Positions 12,838 through 24,108 of a stretch of DNA of 64,000 nucleotides are shown here, one piece after another. The notes below the pieces were generated by a model. It was not told the origin of the DNA, made no database searches, and saw only the letters and a program-made list of their open reading frames with translations. The stretch is taken from contig SMSO01000025.1 in NCBI GenBank assembly GCA_004764695.1, positions 4,380,862 to 4,444,861 of the forward strand, read 5' to 3'. This stretch comes from Schizochytrium sp. TIO01. Taxonomy: Eukaryota; Protista; Bigyra: Labyrinthulomycetes. The position numbers and the translations under genes were made by a program. The first letter of the stretch is position 1. Each line of letters starts with the position of its first letter.

Positions 12838-14865
12838 TCAAGTTGCCGCAGCAAGTTGAGTACTAGAGGCTGTTAGTTGCTCCTCGTTAAGGCCCACCTT
12901 TTTACGGAGGGCCTGATAATGACGTGCAGATATTGTTGTCGAGTCAAGATAGAAGAAAAACTTTTCAATTGAAAATACACGAGGAGCCCGCCTCAATACA
13001 CCCAAAGCTGCGTCAAAGTCTAACAAGCGGAGCTGTACATCTAGAGTTTTCAGCAATGCCAAACAAGCTCTCCAAAGAAAACGTTCCTTTCGCTCACGGG
13101 TATCATAGAATAGGTAACAGTCCCATATGCGCGCGGCAGCATCAAGATCGATAGTTTTTGTGAATAACGTCAGGAGCCAATTTACAATGTACATGTCTGG
13201 GCGCAAATCCAGACGATTAAAATGCTCGTGCAAATGAGGAATATGTTCTAGCAGCAGGTCATCAAAGAACCGAATGTACCTGGGCAGTAGATCTAAGTCT
13301 TTGCTTCGTAAAACCTGGTAGAATTGATGGTCTTGCAATAAATTACAAAAACACACAAAGGCAGCATCGCGGTCCATGTAAAGGAGAAACATAGCTGCCA
13401 CATGGCTCATGCCTTGGACATACCCCAACCCTGGACGGAACTGAGAAAACGCTTCTAAAATATCCTGTAAAGCTTGACGGAATGGTCCACCACCCTCATC
13501 AAAAAATGCTAATGTAGGGAATGTACGACTCAAGTCCAGCTCAATCTGCGTGGTTAGACTAGATTTGCGTGTCACCATTCTTGACGAGTTAGGAGGGGTT
13601 GATGTCAAAGTCTTTGAATCATTAGAATTGCTCTTCGTCACGCCGCTATGACTACCCTTCTCGGTGTCAACATCATTCTTATATACAGATGTACTGACTT
13701 GAGATGAAGAGGGGAGTGTGGAAGACGCTGACAAGCTTGTATCTGTTTCGTTGTTTGCGATAGTTGCCTCTGAGCGCTCCAGAAAACCCTGCCCGTTGTC
13801 ACTCAGAGACAATGATGCCAATGAGGGCGGAGTCATTGTTTCTCCACTGCGAGTGTTTGAGGAGGTCACTACAGCATACGGTTCTGAGTCTAAGGAAACA
13901 TCATCCAGTGACGACGACACTACTTTCGTAGCTGAATTATCATAGGCCCAGTGTTTCTCACCAAGCTTAATTACTGCACCAGCAGTTACCATGGAGGAAG
14001 GCTCTTCGCCATCTTTGTCCTCAACCTCCTCGTGAGTCAAATCGTCAAGCTCATCCTCAGTTCCATAGTAATCACAAGTTGGCGGGCTAGCAAGAGTCGC
14101 AGCCTCATCTTCCACATCTTCATACTCTGTGACTGAGGATCCAAAGCTCATCGTGGTAGGCGATTTGTCCTTGTGGTCTCGTTGTAAGGCTGCCTCCGCC
14201 CTTAACTTCTCTCGAAGATCACCAATGCTGCTGGGCCTAAACCTACCATCGATATCACTGCTACCATCCTCGTCATCCTCATGTTGCGTACGCACCTCCT
14301 CCAAATGAAGTTCGCTTGGTCTATTGTTTGGCTCTATATTCGTTCTTCCGCCCGATGCTCCATACATTTTTCGGAAACTTTGATTGTTTTTACCTCCATC
14401 AGAATTTCCAACGCTTGCATTCTCACGAAGATCATGAGTACCACTGTCAACAAAAGAAGACGCTTCTTGAGCATAGTCTTCGCTACCTTCAGCGTGGTCT
14501 TTGACATGGTTTCCGTCGTTCTTGTCCTTGTCATTATCACTTTCATAAATATCGTCGTTGTCTTCGTCGGAGCCGTCTGTGAGCGTATCATAGCCTCCGT
14601 CTTCACGTTCTGTGACAAAGCGGATTTCGTCTGCGCGCGACCTGAGCACCTCGAAGAGTTCTGTGTTAATTCGCAGGTCGTTACCAACCAGCGTCTGCCA
14701 CGCCTCGCTCCGCACCGCTGGTGGGATCCCCCGTCGGCACGCGTCAAGCAACTTGTGCTTGAAGGTCGCCGATTGCTTCGCCGGAGGCTTCCACTTCGCG
14801 AGCAGCTCCTTCCGCCATTTCTGTGCTGCGGCAGCCAGGTCGTCCTCCATCCCACCTTTCGCCAT
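12838..14865 (-). CDS. Rab-GAP TBC domain protein, TBC1D12/TBC1D14-like, with a long low-complexity insertion
   Basis: GIPPAVRSEAWQTLVGNDLRI, IELDLSRTFP (Arg finger), GYVQGMS (Gln finger), YIVNWLLTLF, RIWDCY. Probable ATG at 14865 (MAKGG); the ORF is open to 14976. Confidence 0.9.
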   Translation of the reverse strand: MAKGGMEDDLAAAAQKWRKELLAKWKPPAKQSATFKHKLLDACRRGIPPAVRSEAWQTLVGNDLRINTELFEVLRSRADEIRFVTEREDGGYDTLTDGSDEDNDDIYESDNDKDKNDGNHVKDHAEGSEDYAQEASSFVDSGTHDLRENASVGNSDGGKNNQSFRKMYGASGGRTNIEPNNRPSELHLEEVRTQHEDDEDGSSDIDGRFRPSSIGDLREKLRAEAALQRDHKDKSPTTMSFGSSVTEYEDVEDEAATLASPPTCDYYGTEDELDDLTHEEVEDKDGEEPSSMVTAGAVIKLGEKHWAYDNSATKVVSSSLDDVSLDSEPYAVVTSSNTRSGETMTPPSLASLSLSDNGQGFLERSEATIANNETDTSLSASSTLPSSSQVSTSVYKNDVDTEKGSHSGVTKSNSNDSKTLTSTPPNSSRMVTRKSSLTTQIELDLSRTFPTLAFFDEGGGPFRQALQDILEAFSQFRPGLGYVQGMSHVAAMFLLYMDRDAAFVCFCNLLQDHQFYQVLRSKDLDLLPRYIRFFDDLLLEHIPHLHEHFNRLDLRPDMYIVNWLLTLFTKTIDLDAAARIWDCYLFYDTRERKERFLWRACLALLKTLDVQLRLLDFDAALGVLRRAPRVFSIEKFFFYLDSTTISARHYQALRKKVGLNEEQLTASSTQLAAAT

Positions 14866-17800
14866 CGCTAAGCGAAACTGCTTTCGCTCCCAGCGAGCAG
14901 GTTTGAGATACTTTGGGGCTCTATGGAATGACGATGGATCTGTGAAATGCACTTCTACTAACATACTAACATTCACTACTTTTCGTTAAAAAGTAACAAC
15001 AATAATGACAATCTTGTTTAATTTTTTTATATTTATTTCCAAGGGGTCGCCTAGCTACTAAGATTTTCTTGCTGTGATGCTTGAAACGAAGGAATGATGA
15101 CTGTCACGAGAAGAGAATTTAGCCATCTTTCGTGTGTAGATCAATAGTAGCCTTGCTATCACTATGATCCTTGAAGTAGAAGCGCTTCGTCAAAGGAAGT
15201 AATAGCTGGGCCAAAGAACTTCAGCAACCAAAGTATATACATATAGCACGCCAGCATCAATACATGGGTGAGTCAACGTGGTGCAGGAATTCTGTGGTTA
15301 TTACTTTAACAAATGAATTATTGCCTGTTGCAGAGATACTGGTTGTGATTACGCTGATTATTTACACATACTAATATGTAGTATCAGTCACAGGAACTTT
15401 CCTGACTCGAGTTTGAAGGCTTATTCCCATAATCCGGGATATCATTCAGCTGTTAGAAAGACTCAAGCACAAATGACAAGGCATCTCACTCTACATCCAT
15501 ATACAATAATCCTTTGTTGTATCACTCATCAAGCCACGACAAACAAAAGGACTATCTAAACAAATATTTTCACATAACTCAAAAGAACTGAACCAATAGC
15601 CCTCATCAACATCCCCTGTGCAATGGCGCAAAAGATTAGTTGTCTCAATACCATAAGAACAGAGTGAGGTAGGTTTGTAAGCACTAGCAATCTTTGCACC
15701 CACCTGGAAAATCTTAGTATAATCATAATGACCAGAAGAAACAACCGTTCCCCGTAAGAAAACATGATACTAAGTGTCTTTCTTAGACTCTGCGATTTCC
15801 TGATACAGCTGCACAATACTATAGATCAAATCAGCTACAGAAGGCACAAAACTACCATGCAAAGGATCCTGCTTCTTGAAGTTAGTCTAGAGCTGACTAA
15901 ACGAGCTCACATCGAGACTTTTAAAAATTGACAGAAAAATATACACTTAGCACAACATTCTTGCGATCGCAAAACGTGGTCATGAACCCCTTGCATATGA
16001 TCCTGAAACCCTTGCATATGATCCTGTGATACTTCAAAATGCAATGCTTTCTTTGCCTGTTTGGGAAATATTCTACATGGCTTTAGATGACACGCGCTGC
16101 TCGGTAAATCCATCAGTCATATGATTTTGAAAAGAAGAACCGGGCAAACTTGGTGACTACAAATAATTATTTGCCCTCCGTAGGACTAAAAATAAAAGCG
16201 CTCGTATGCTCGTAGCACAAAGTGCATCGCTATCAGCGAAGGTGGCTCGCTGATTTCTTCGGCATCAATGGCAGATATTTTAATCATGAATCTTTCTTGT
16301 TCAACAACAACGTTAGCGTTTTAAGATGTAGGACACGATAAACAGTTTAGTCCTACAACTGCTGCTGCTCATGATGATGATGATGACATAATTAACGAAG
16401 CAAGATTGTCAGCAAATATTTCAAACCAGCAAGCAAATTTTTAGTTACAGCATTACGAGCTCTCGCTATTGGATTTCGCAATACCTGGCGGTGTTTGATA
16501 GAGTTTTGAAATGTTGATCTTTCCTTCGTCTACCTTCTTATGAAATATGGTAATTAGTAGTGATCCGATTTAGTCATAAAACGTTTGTCCAATGAGAAGG
16601 GAAAAGAAATATGTCTTGGATATTGTTCCGACTATAGTGCACCTGGGCATGCAGGGTAAATGAAACTTGTCGACACGATAGTAGAGACCTTCATGGAAAC
16701 GCTCGAGCGGTATGCTCTCTCTATATATTTACGTAATATACAGATAAGTGTCTTCACTTCGCTTCACTTCACATAACGTAACCTAGCCTAGCTTAGCGTA
16801 ACCTAACCCTTCTAACCCTTCTGTCTGGCACTCTCCATAACATGATACATACATCTGCATGTATCAAGAACCTGAATAATCTAATAGCATCATTTTATAT
16901 TTTATCTGAGTTCACCATCCTTGTCAGACTACCCCATCACGCTCCACTACACAAGCTAATCTGCAATAATACTCTTTGCATTTAAAAAAAAAAAAATGAT
17001 AGTTTGATAAATATTACTGGTAACGGCAGATGTCTAATGCATTTTGGCCTGACTATCTAAATATGCAAATCATAAATAAAAGAAGTGTGCTTCATCGGTT
17101 CAGCCCTATTCTTTTTAACACTTCTATGCAACAGGGACGTTCTCCAACCTTTTCGTTTACGTCGGATACCTTTCAAAATGAGCAATTGAATGAGGAATAA
17201 CCTGGTGCTATTAAGGTTCAACTTGTACAAGATAGTAAACGCAATGAAGTATAGAAATTTGAAAAGATGGTGTTTGTTTTCGTAGTTCTAGTCCATAAGA
17301 CATTCTAACTCTGTTCAAAATTTTGAATAATGTTGTTCCCAAAAGAAAGTCATACGGTATCTTAAGTAATCAAAATGAATTAATTTTTATTTGCTTTAGT
17401 CACAGAGGGTATGCAAAGTGCATAAGGTCTATACATTTCTTGTCTCTCTCCTTTTGTCAAATAAAGCTGGTGGCAGTTACATCTCAGATACAAATGAACT
17501 TGAGTAATATGTTTAATGTGGTTTGCCTCAACGTTTTTGAACTCTTTTTCTTTTTCCAGGTTTTTCCCTGTTATGTTTTTTCCAAGGCCTTTTTACTTTT
17601 GAACTTTACAAACAGAATAATGTGGATGGGAAAGAGAGAAGCGTGGCTGAAGAGTTGAACTCTCGTTTTAAATTTGGCATTCCTCAGTTTTGATTGCTTC
17701 TAGTTTCTGGCGACTTGGTGTAGACCCTCATGCAGATGTTTAAAGTAAAGTTTCGCTAAAAATTTCTTACACAAAATTGATTCTGAATTTGGTTTCATCT

Positions 17801-18822
17801 GGATTATCGTTAGAACAAGGGCATTATTAGTACTAGTTGGAATATCTCAGAGTTGTTATTGCTATTTATTTTGAAATCTTGAAATTTGTTTCAATTCAAG
17901 AAACTTAGATAGTATAGATATATATCTTTTACAAATACTAGTTTAATTTAAAATTCTATTACACAAAAAGGAGTTACCTAAAACGGCAAGAGGCCAATAA
18001 ACGCCTCGTCAAGAGCTCATGTGTTTATACGATGTCCCGTACAGTGCAACGGTGTCAGAGTGTCTCTCAAGAGGGCACATCCCTCCGCGCCGGATGACCA
18101 GAGGTAGTCGAATGATCGTAGGTCATGCCAACCATTTTGGACTTACCCCACACTCCTACTACTTGTGTTAGTTTGGAAACTAGGTCTTAGGCTGATTCGT
18201 AGTGAATATGATAGGAAGGAATGAAGCCATCTGATTGGCCTGATCACATCTGTGGCAAAGGACAGCTGAAAATTGTCTGTTATGGGATGTTTTCTGTTGG
18301 TTTTGAGCTTTTGTTGTTTCTTGCTTAGTACCTTCTGTCAAAATATGTCTCGTAGAACAACACGTCATTCGGCGCGGATTTGGATCCAATAGCTAGGACG
18401 GAGACGAATTTGGACGATAGGAAGAGCAACGTTAACTCAGACAAATATAGTCCAGTCTCAGCATACTATACATCAATTTTTGCATGCCTTATGGTTCTTT
18501 GGGGAAAAAATAATTTATTTAATTTTAAAGTTACAGATTATTTCAAAAGTTCAATGTACTTCAAAAGTAAAATTCTCCCCTGGAATTTTTTTGCGCGTAA
18601 ACTTGCATTATTTCGTTGACAATCTTGACAACACGTAAGTATGAATTGCTGATGCAGCTTCTTACCGTAAACCTAAGCTTCATATATTTGATTGAAATTC
18701 TATTAAAGTATCATTTCATGAACATCTCACCTTCAGACACAAGCAAAACTAAAATAGTGTTGTAGCCTACTTAGTTCCAGCAGAACTAATACTGTGCTGT
18801 GCCTTGTATTTTACGAAAGAAA

Positions 18823-19827
18823 ATGACGCTTCCCATTGCTCCTGCAGAGATTTCCGGTGCAAGGCGACGAACAGCTGCCGCAAGGAAAGCAGAAGCTGGA
18901 GCAGAAACTCAAGACCCGTATGCGAGTGGCGGTACTTTAGGGTACACCAGCGGTGATTGGTTATTGCAGCAGGTGATTGGACTAGAAGATTCCGCTTTAG
19001 AAGAAGCTTCTTCCCGACTAGAAGGAATTTTGAGGTCGCCCAAACAATGTTTACAAAATTTCTCCAAGCAGAATTTAACCTCAGTGGCTCGACGAAAACG
19101 CGTTGCATCGGTAGGTTCGGCAAGCTTAGAGGTTGAGTTACCTCGATCTTACGCACGCTCCGCAACAGGGCGTTTCATCAGCAAATCAGACTCGCCTTTA
19201 CACAAACCGTCGCACGGAAATGTTCGCGAGAGTACAGGAGAGCATAAATATGGTGTCGAGACGCAGACACATATAGAGCTAAGTAGCTCAGGTGACGACG
19301 ATGATCTAGCTGCTTGCTCTACCAACTCGGCGTATAGTAACTCTGACAGAGTCCAAAATACACAAGAAGGAGACCCCAGCGATTCGTATCATCTTGCCAA
19401 GAATGCGTTACAGCAGAGTTCCTTTTTACGCACAGTGAAAGGCGACCACATGCTTGACAGTGCTTCAATGGGTTCAGACTCTAACAAAGATGGGGCCGGG
19501 GGTCTTGGCAAAGACGACGAAAAGCAAATCGAAAACACTGAAATCTTGAAGACTTGGTTCTTTGAGCATGTGGAGAACCCTTACCCAAGCCCTGAGCAAA
19601 AGAAGATGCTCCGAGGGTTGACCGGCCTCACAAGTACTCAAATTCGCAACTGGTTCACGAATTTTCGCAAGCGCCACTGGAATCCAATCCGGGCGGGAAG
19701 GGAGCCAAAGTCTTACGTAGACTTTATATTATATAAACGACTTCAGGAGTTGGGAGTTCCTGGTTTGCACGGAGGGCTCAAGTCATTTAAACAACTTTCA
19801 ACACAACTCTCTTTTCGGGACAGTTAG
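18823..19827 (+). CDS. TALE-class homeodomain transcription factor
   Basis: C-terminal ILKTWFFEHVENPYPSPEQKKMLRGLTGLTSTQIRNWFTNFRKRHW contains the TALE loop, PYP and WFxN. First ATG is at 18823. Confidence 0.9.
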   Translation: MTLPIAPAEISGARRRTAAARKAEAGAETQDPYASGGTLGYTSGDWLLQQVIGLEDSALEEASSRLEGILRSPKQCLQNFSKQNLTSVARRKRVASVGSASLEVELPRSYARSATGRFISKSDSPLHKPSHGNVRESTGEHKYGVETQTHIELSSSGDDDDLAACSTNSAYSNSDRVQNTQEGDPSDSYHLAKNALQQSSFLRTVKGDHMLDSASMGSDSNKDGAGGLGKDDEKQIENTEILKTWFFEHVENPYPSPEQKKMLRGLTGLTSTQIRNWFTNFRKRHWNPIRAGREPKSYVDFILYKRLQELGVPGLHGGLKSFKQLSTQLSFRDS

Positions 19828-20762
19828 CTGGTAGTAAGATAAGACAAGTGCCGCGTTGCTAATAGTTGAGCGGTTCGACACCGCTTCACCACAAACCATG
19901 TCTCGGCAATCCAGGATTTTCTGTGAATAATTTTGTACTTCTTATCTCCATATTACAGTTTTCATGGCAAAGATTCGCGCAGAATACTTGCACGAATTTA
20001 GACATCGAAACATAAGTCTGACAATTTGATACACAATTAGGCTCATGTTTGGAGTCTAATAACTTATCAATCATTTATCTATGGGCTCTGAAAAATCTGT
20101 ACCAGAAAGTCCTTTTCCGTAAAGAAATTCTCTTCGAGCAATTCTTCACGTGAAGACCGCTCACTAGAGCAGAACATGACTTAAAGCAATTACATCAAAA
20201 TTCGGTCGCTGTTATAATATAAACTTGAACTTTCGTTCTTTGTTTTTCTTTGTTGGTTAAAAAGCACAGCACACTTCGTTTCGAACCAATATATCGGGTG
20301 GATTGAGGTTGAGAACATAAATGTCAATATAAATATGGCAGGTACTTGGCCAGTCAAGGACTTTGCTAACCTAAGGACATAACACATTCGCCCGGCTCAG
20401 TCTAATCAGTCAAACCCTCAAAAAACGCATCTTGCAAGCATTGCGGGAAGCCAAGAGTAGGAAAGAATCTGGATGCCACCAAAAGCTGCCACAATTCGAT
20501 CCATCTTTTTCTTGAAAAGATTCATGAGAGATGAAATTACTGTAGTTCGGAAATTCCCTGCCGTGAAGTATGCTTGTGATAGTCATGCAGTATTATTGAG
20601 GCCGTTTTGAGATATATATATATCTAGTGTAGATGAGCCATAACCTCAAGTACGTGAAGGTTTGAAGATCGAATTTCTCATTCTCTACAGCATCATTGAT
20701 CTACTTTTCACTAGCGTTTAGATCGACATTTACTGAATGCGGGGAACCAGTGGCAGAGATCC

Positions 20763-22307
20763 CTATTCGTCTGCACTATTGAGGTTCTTGCTAAAGCTAA
20801 CAAGACCAATCTTCCGTCGCCGTGCATCCCAAACAGAAACATCCTCGCAGGTAGGTAGACCAGCTGCCTTGTCATAGTCAGACGAAACCTCGCCTTCCAC
20901 AAAAGTCAGAAATTCCTGCACAAGACGAATATCCTTAAACATAGTCGCCATCCGAGCAGCCCTCTCTGCCATGGTCATTTCAACAAACCTATCCCCAATC
21001 TCTACTCCACTAACTGGCGATTCTTCAAGTTCTCCTTGAGGGAAGTCTTCAAGACGCAGGTGCCGAAGGCCAAAGACGATATCGAGTGCTGTCCTAAGGG
21101 CTGCAATCTCACTACGTGGTGTTTTCCGACGGCGCAATCCAACGAGGTTGAGTCCTCTAAGCTTAGCACGGTTGCCTACAGCAAGTGCAAATGGCGGCAC
21201 ATGACGATCAACAGCGCTCGCACCGCCAATCATGGCAAGCCTACCGATGTTCACGTGCTGGCGGATAGTTGCCGCACCTCCAATGGTTGCAAACGCCCCA
21301 ACATGGACGTGTCCAGCAAGCTGTACCAAATTTGACAACACCACTCCAGATGCAAGCACGCAGTCATGGCCTACGTGGCATCCAGTTAGTAGAAGGCAAC
21401 CATCGCCAATAGCAGTAAGGCCTCCTCCGCCCGAAGAACCACCATTGACGGTGGCAAACTCACGCACGATCACTCCTGCACCAAGCTCGAGCCTTGAGTC
21501 CGAGTCAAACACGTCTTCCACAGATGTGCTCTCTAAATCACCAGCGTTGTTTTTTATTTTAGCAGTGTCAGTCAGCTCTTTTTGCGGTTCGCTTTGTTGC
21601 TTGCAGGAGTTTTCGTTTTGGAAATCTTCATAGTCTTTGTTATGAGCTTTGCGAATCTTACAAAATTGAGAATCATCGTGATCATCGACATTGCTGGGAC
21701 CTCCCGTGCATTGATCGTGAGAAAATTTCACATCAAAAGCGTTGGCCTCAAATAACGTTGAATGGATAGCTGTTTTGGAATGGAGAATCTCAGAGTCGAA
21801 GAGACCTTGATGAATTTTGGGTGCTTCAACCAGGTTAGCGGCAAGGTCTTCAGCGATATCAGCCTCAGAGGAAGGCCTAGACTTGGACGTTCGATTGTTT
21901 CTAATATGCTTCCTGTCTTGAGGAGGCCCGCCGACGACGGCAAAAGGATGAATCTCGCTGCCAGCACCTATGGATGTACATCCTGCGATGACAGCGTGAG
22001 GCCCTATTGAGACGCCAGCACCAAGTGAGACATGGGAACCAACAACTGCAAAGGCACCAACAGAGCTCCCAGGTCCGATTCGAGCGCCTGGTGAGACAAC
22101 TGCCGTTGGGTGCACGTAGTAGTTGCGAGCACTGGAGCTGAGGTGCCGCCCTGACGCATGCTGACAAATGCCGGTCCTGACGTTCATACCCAACAACTTA
22201 ACATTTGTCAACGGGAAAGGCGACCTGAGAAGTATCTCAGAGCAAGAGCATCCAGACTGATCTCTGAAGGCAAGCAAGCATCGCTTGGGCGCAATCATGG
22301 CGCGCAT
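20763..22307 (-). CDS. lpxA: Acyl-ACP--UDP-N-acetylglucosamine O-acyltransferase (LpxA-like), probable organellar presequence
   Basis: Hexapeptide left-handed beta-helix starting VHPTAVV; GGPPQD; REFATVNGG; HVGHDC (catalytic His region); LAGHV; VPPF; GLNLVGLRRR. The Arg/Ser-rich N-terminal extension ends RHLSS. Confidence 0.88.
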   Translation of the reverse strand: MRAMIAPKRCLLAFRDQSGCSCSEILLRSPFPLTNVKLLGMNVRTGICQHASGRHLSSSARNYYVHPTAVVSPGARIGPGSSVGAFAVVGSHVSLGAGVSIGPHAVIAGCTSIGAGSEIHPFAVVGGPPQDRKHIRNNRTSKSRPSSEADIAEDLAANLVEAPKIHQGLFDSEILHSKTAIHSTLFEANAFDVKFSHDQCTGGPSNVDDHDDSQFCKIRKAHNKDYEDFQNENSCKQQSEPQKELTDTAKIKNNAGDLESTSVEDVFDSDSRLELGAGVIVREFATVNGGSSGGGGLTAIGDGCLLLTGCHVGHDCVLASGVVLSNLVQLAGHVHVGAFATIGGAATIRQHVNIGRLAMIGGASAVDRHVPPFALAVGNRAKLRGLNLVGLRRRKTPRSEIAALRTALDIVFGLRHLRLEDFPQGELEESPVSGVEIGDRFVEMTMAERAARMATMFKDIRLVQEFLTFVEGEVSSDYDKAAGLPTCEDVSVWDARRRKIGLVSFSKNLNSADE

Positions 22308-22470
22308 GGGCAACTCGACTTGGGTCTACGCAGCTCTTTCTGACAATATTGGAGCATGAAAATAAATTCATGTGATAATTTCAGTTGAAATATTCGTCTG
22401 ATATTTTCAAATGAAAAAGATAATTTGGGTAGTACCCCAAGAAGAATTTCAAAGCAGCATCTTCTTGACG

Positions 22471-23676
22471 ATGGTTCTCGTCTTCCTCAGTGGATTCGAT
22501 GCGAGACTTTCGGATAAACGTGTGAGTTCGGTCCTGTCATCTTGCGTTCCTGGTCTCTCATGGCATCGGATTGCATCTGCAAGCCTCTCAATCCCTTTTC
22601 ATGACGCCCTTCCCAGTGAAGATGACACCGCGACTCGCTCAACAACAACACCGATCCCGCTCTCAGCCGACGGTGAGCTGTCCGGTGCTGGATTTGCAGA
22701 TGTGCCTTCTTCACCTCTTGCATCGTTCCTCGTCTCCGCTGCGTCTCAAGCAGGTCTTCGAGCCGTTCCGGAGGCTCTTAGCGATGATCCAATTCCTTCA
22801 AATTCGCCTCCTAGCCAATCTCATGACGATGACTCAAGTCCCAAAGACTGCAAGAACGGCTCTGAGGCGTCACCAATGTCTAACGCATGCCCTATGAATG
22901 TTTCAGAGGCCGTGGAGCTACTAAGGAAGGAGTTTGCGGCGAGTAATGGAGCCCTGGATGCCCAAGATGCTCGCAGAGCTCGCGAAGCTCTTGGTTTTGC
23001 AGGGCCGAGCTCAGCGGCAGTCTCTGCTGCTCTGCGGTTAGACCCCAAGCCCGATAGTATGGATGATGTTGTATATGAGGATGTGCGCAATTTCCGCCTT
23101 GCTCAGGCACGCCACGAGGTCTCCGAGGATGAAAAGCGGCGCCGCGAAATCCGTAAAGCTGCGGATGCGTTTCGGAGAGAACGAGATGCACAGAAAACGG
23201 AGAGAGACGCAAAGCGCAGCAAGGCGCGGGCTCAGCAAGGCGCCACGGGAGAAGACGCAGCAGAAGACATTCTTGGTGTTGAAAAGACTAACTCTCAAGA
23301 CCGTTCTCAAGGCAACAAAGCTGAGGCCCAAAACGACATTGAAAAGGACTTTCCAAAAGAAGACAAAAAGGAGGTTAAAAGTGAAGAAGTAGAAGGAGTC
23401 GAGAAGGGGAAAATGGACGATAGCAAGGATGAGAGTGCGAACGAGGCTAAAGACAATAAAGAAAATGAGGAAGAAATGGAGGAGGAGAGGAGGAAGGTTG
23501 TGTGTGGGCAGATGGAGAAGTATCTAGGGGAGCCCGAACCAAAGCTAGTGCAGCACTTGCTGGATTTGTTAAGAAAAGGAGTCGAGAGGGAAGATCTTGT
23601 GAAGGAAGTGAGATCAATCTTGGAAGAGGATGCAGAAGATTGCATCGATGAGCTTTTGCAGATGTTGCAATCTTGA
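22471..23676 (+). CDS. RBM25/Snu71-like splicing factor (degenerate RRM, charged region, C-terminal PWI domain)
   Basis: N-terminal VFLSGF...LSSC...SWHR...GFA resembles the RBM25 RRM; C-terminal MEKYLGEPEPKLVQHLLDLL...LEEDAEDCIDELLQML is PWI-like. Divergent from lpxA across about 160 bp. Upstream ATG at 22411 is also possible. Confidence 0.7.
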   Translation: MVLVFLSGFDARLSDKRVSSVLSSCVPGLSWHRIASASLSIPFHDALPSEDDTATRSTTTPIPLSADGELSGAGFADVPSSPLASFLVSAASQAGLRAVPEALSDDPIPSNSPPSQSHDDDSSPKDCKNGSEASPMSNACPMNVSEAVELLRKEFAASNGALDAQDARRAREALGFAGPSSAAVSAALRLDPKPDSMDDVVYEDVRNFRLAQARHEVSEDEKRRREIRKAADAFRRERDAQKTERDAKRSKARAQQGATGEDAAEDILGVEKTNSQDRSQGNKAEAQNDIEKDFPKEDKKEVKSEEVEGVEKGKMDDSKDESANEAKDNKENEEEMEEERRKVVCGQMEKYLGEPEPKLVQHLLDLLRKGVEREDLVKEVRSILEEDAEDCIDELLQMLQS

Positions 23677-24108
23677 AGGATGCATCTATCGTCCCTCTCT
23701 GAATAAAGTTCTGTCAACGAAAACACAATCAGATGATTAACAAAACTCGCGTCAAGCAGGAACCTAGAAAACTCGGTTAATTTGGTGTGAAGAGCAATGG
23801 AGAACCTCTCATCATGATTGCGATCGATAGGGATCATCCACTCCATTAAACCAGTTTTTGGTGGATCAAGTAAATTGCGACAAACAAACCATGAAAACTA
23901 CTCCACTGCGGTCGAAGGACAAAAAGAAAGACTTGGTGTGCCCATGCGATAGCAAGCGCATTGCCAATTTGACAAAGTCAACAGCCTTGCCATCTCAGAC
24001 TCTTTTTTGCTGCGTCTAACAGCAGATGGTCATATAGCACTTTTAAAAAATTGTCTATCTAACTTAAACTAAAACACATGCCATTTATTCCAATGTATAC
24101 TTCTGGTA

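Noticed and set aside
21500-21900. Intein or intron explanation for the LpxA insertion
   Set aside because: No intein terminal His-Asn plus Cys/Ser/Thr motif and no convincing splice consensus; the frame is open throughout.
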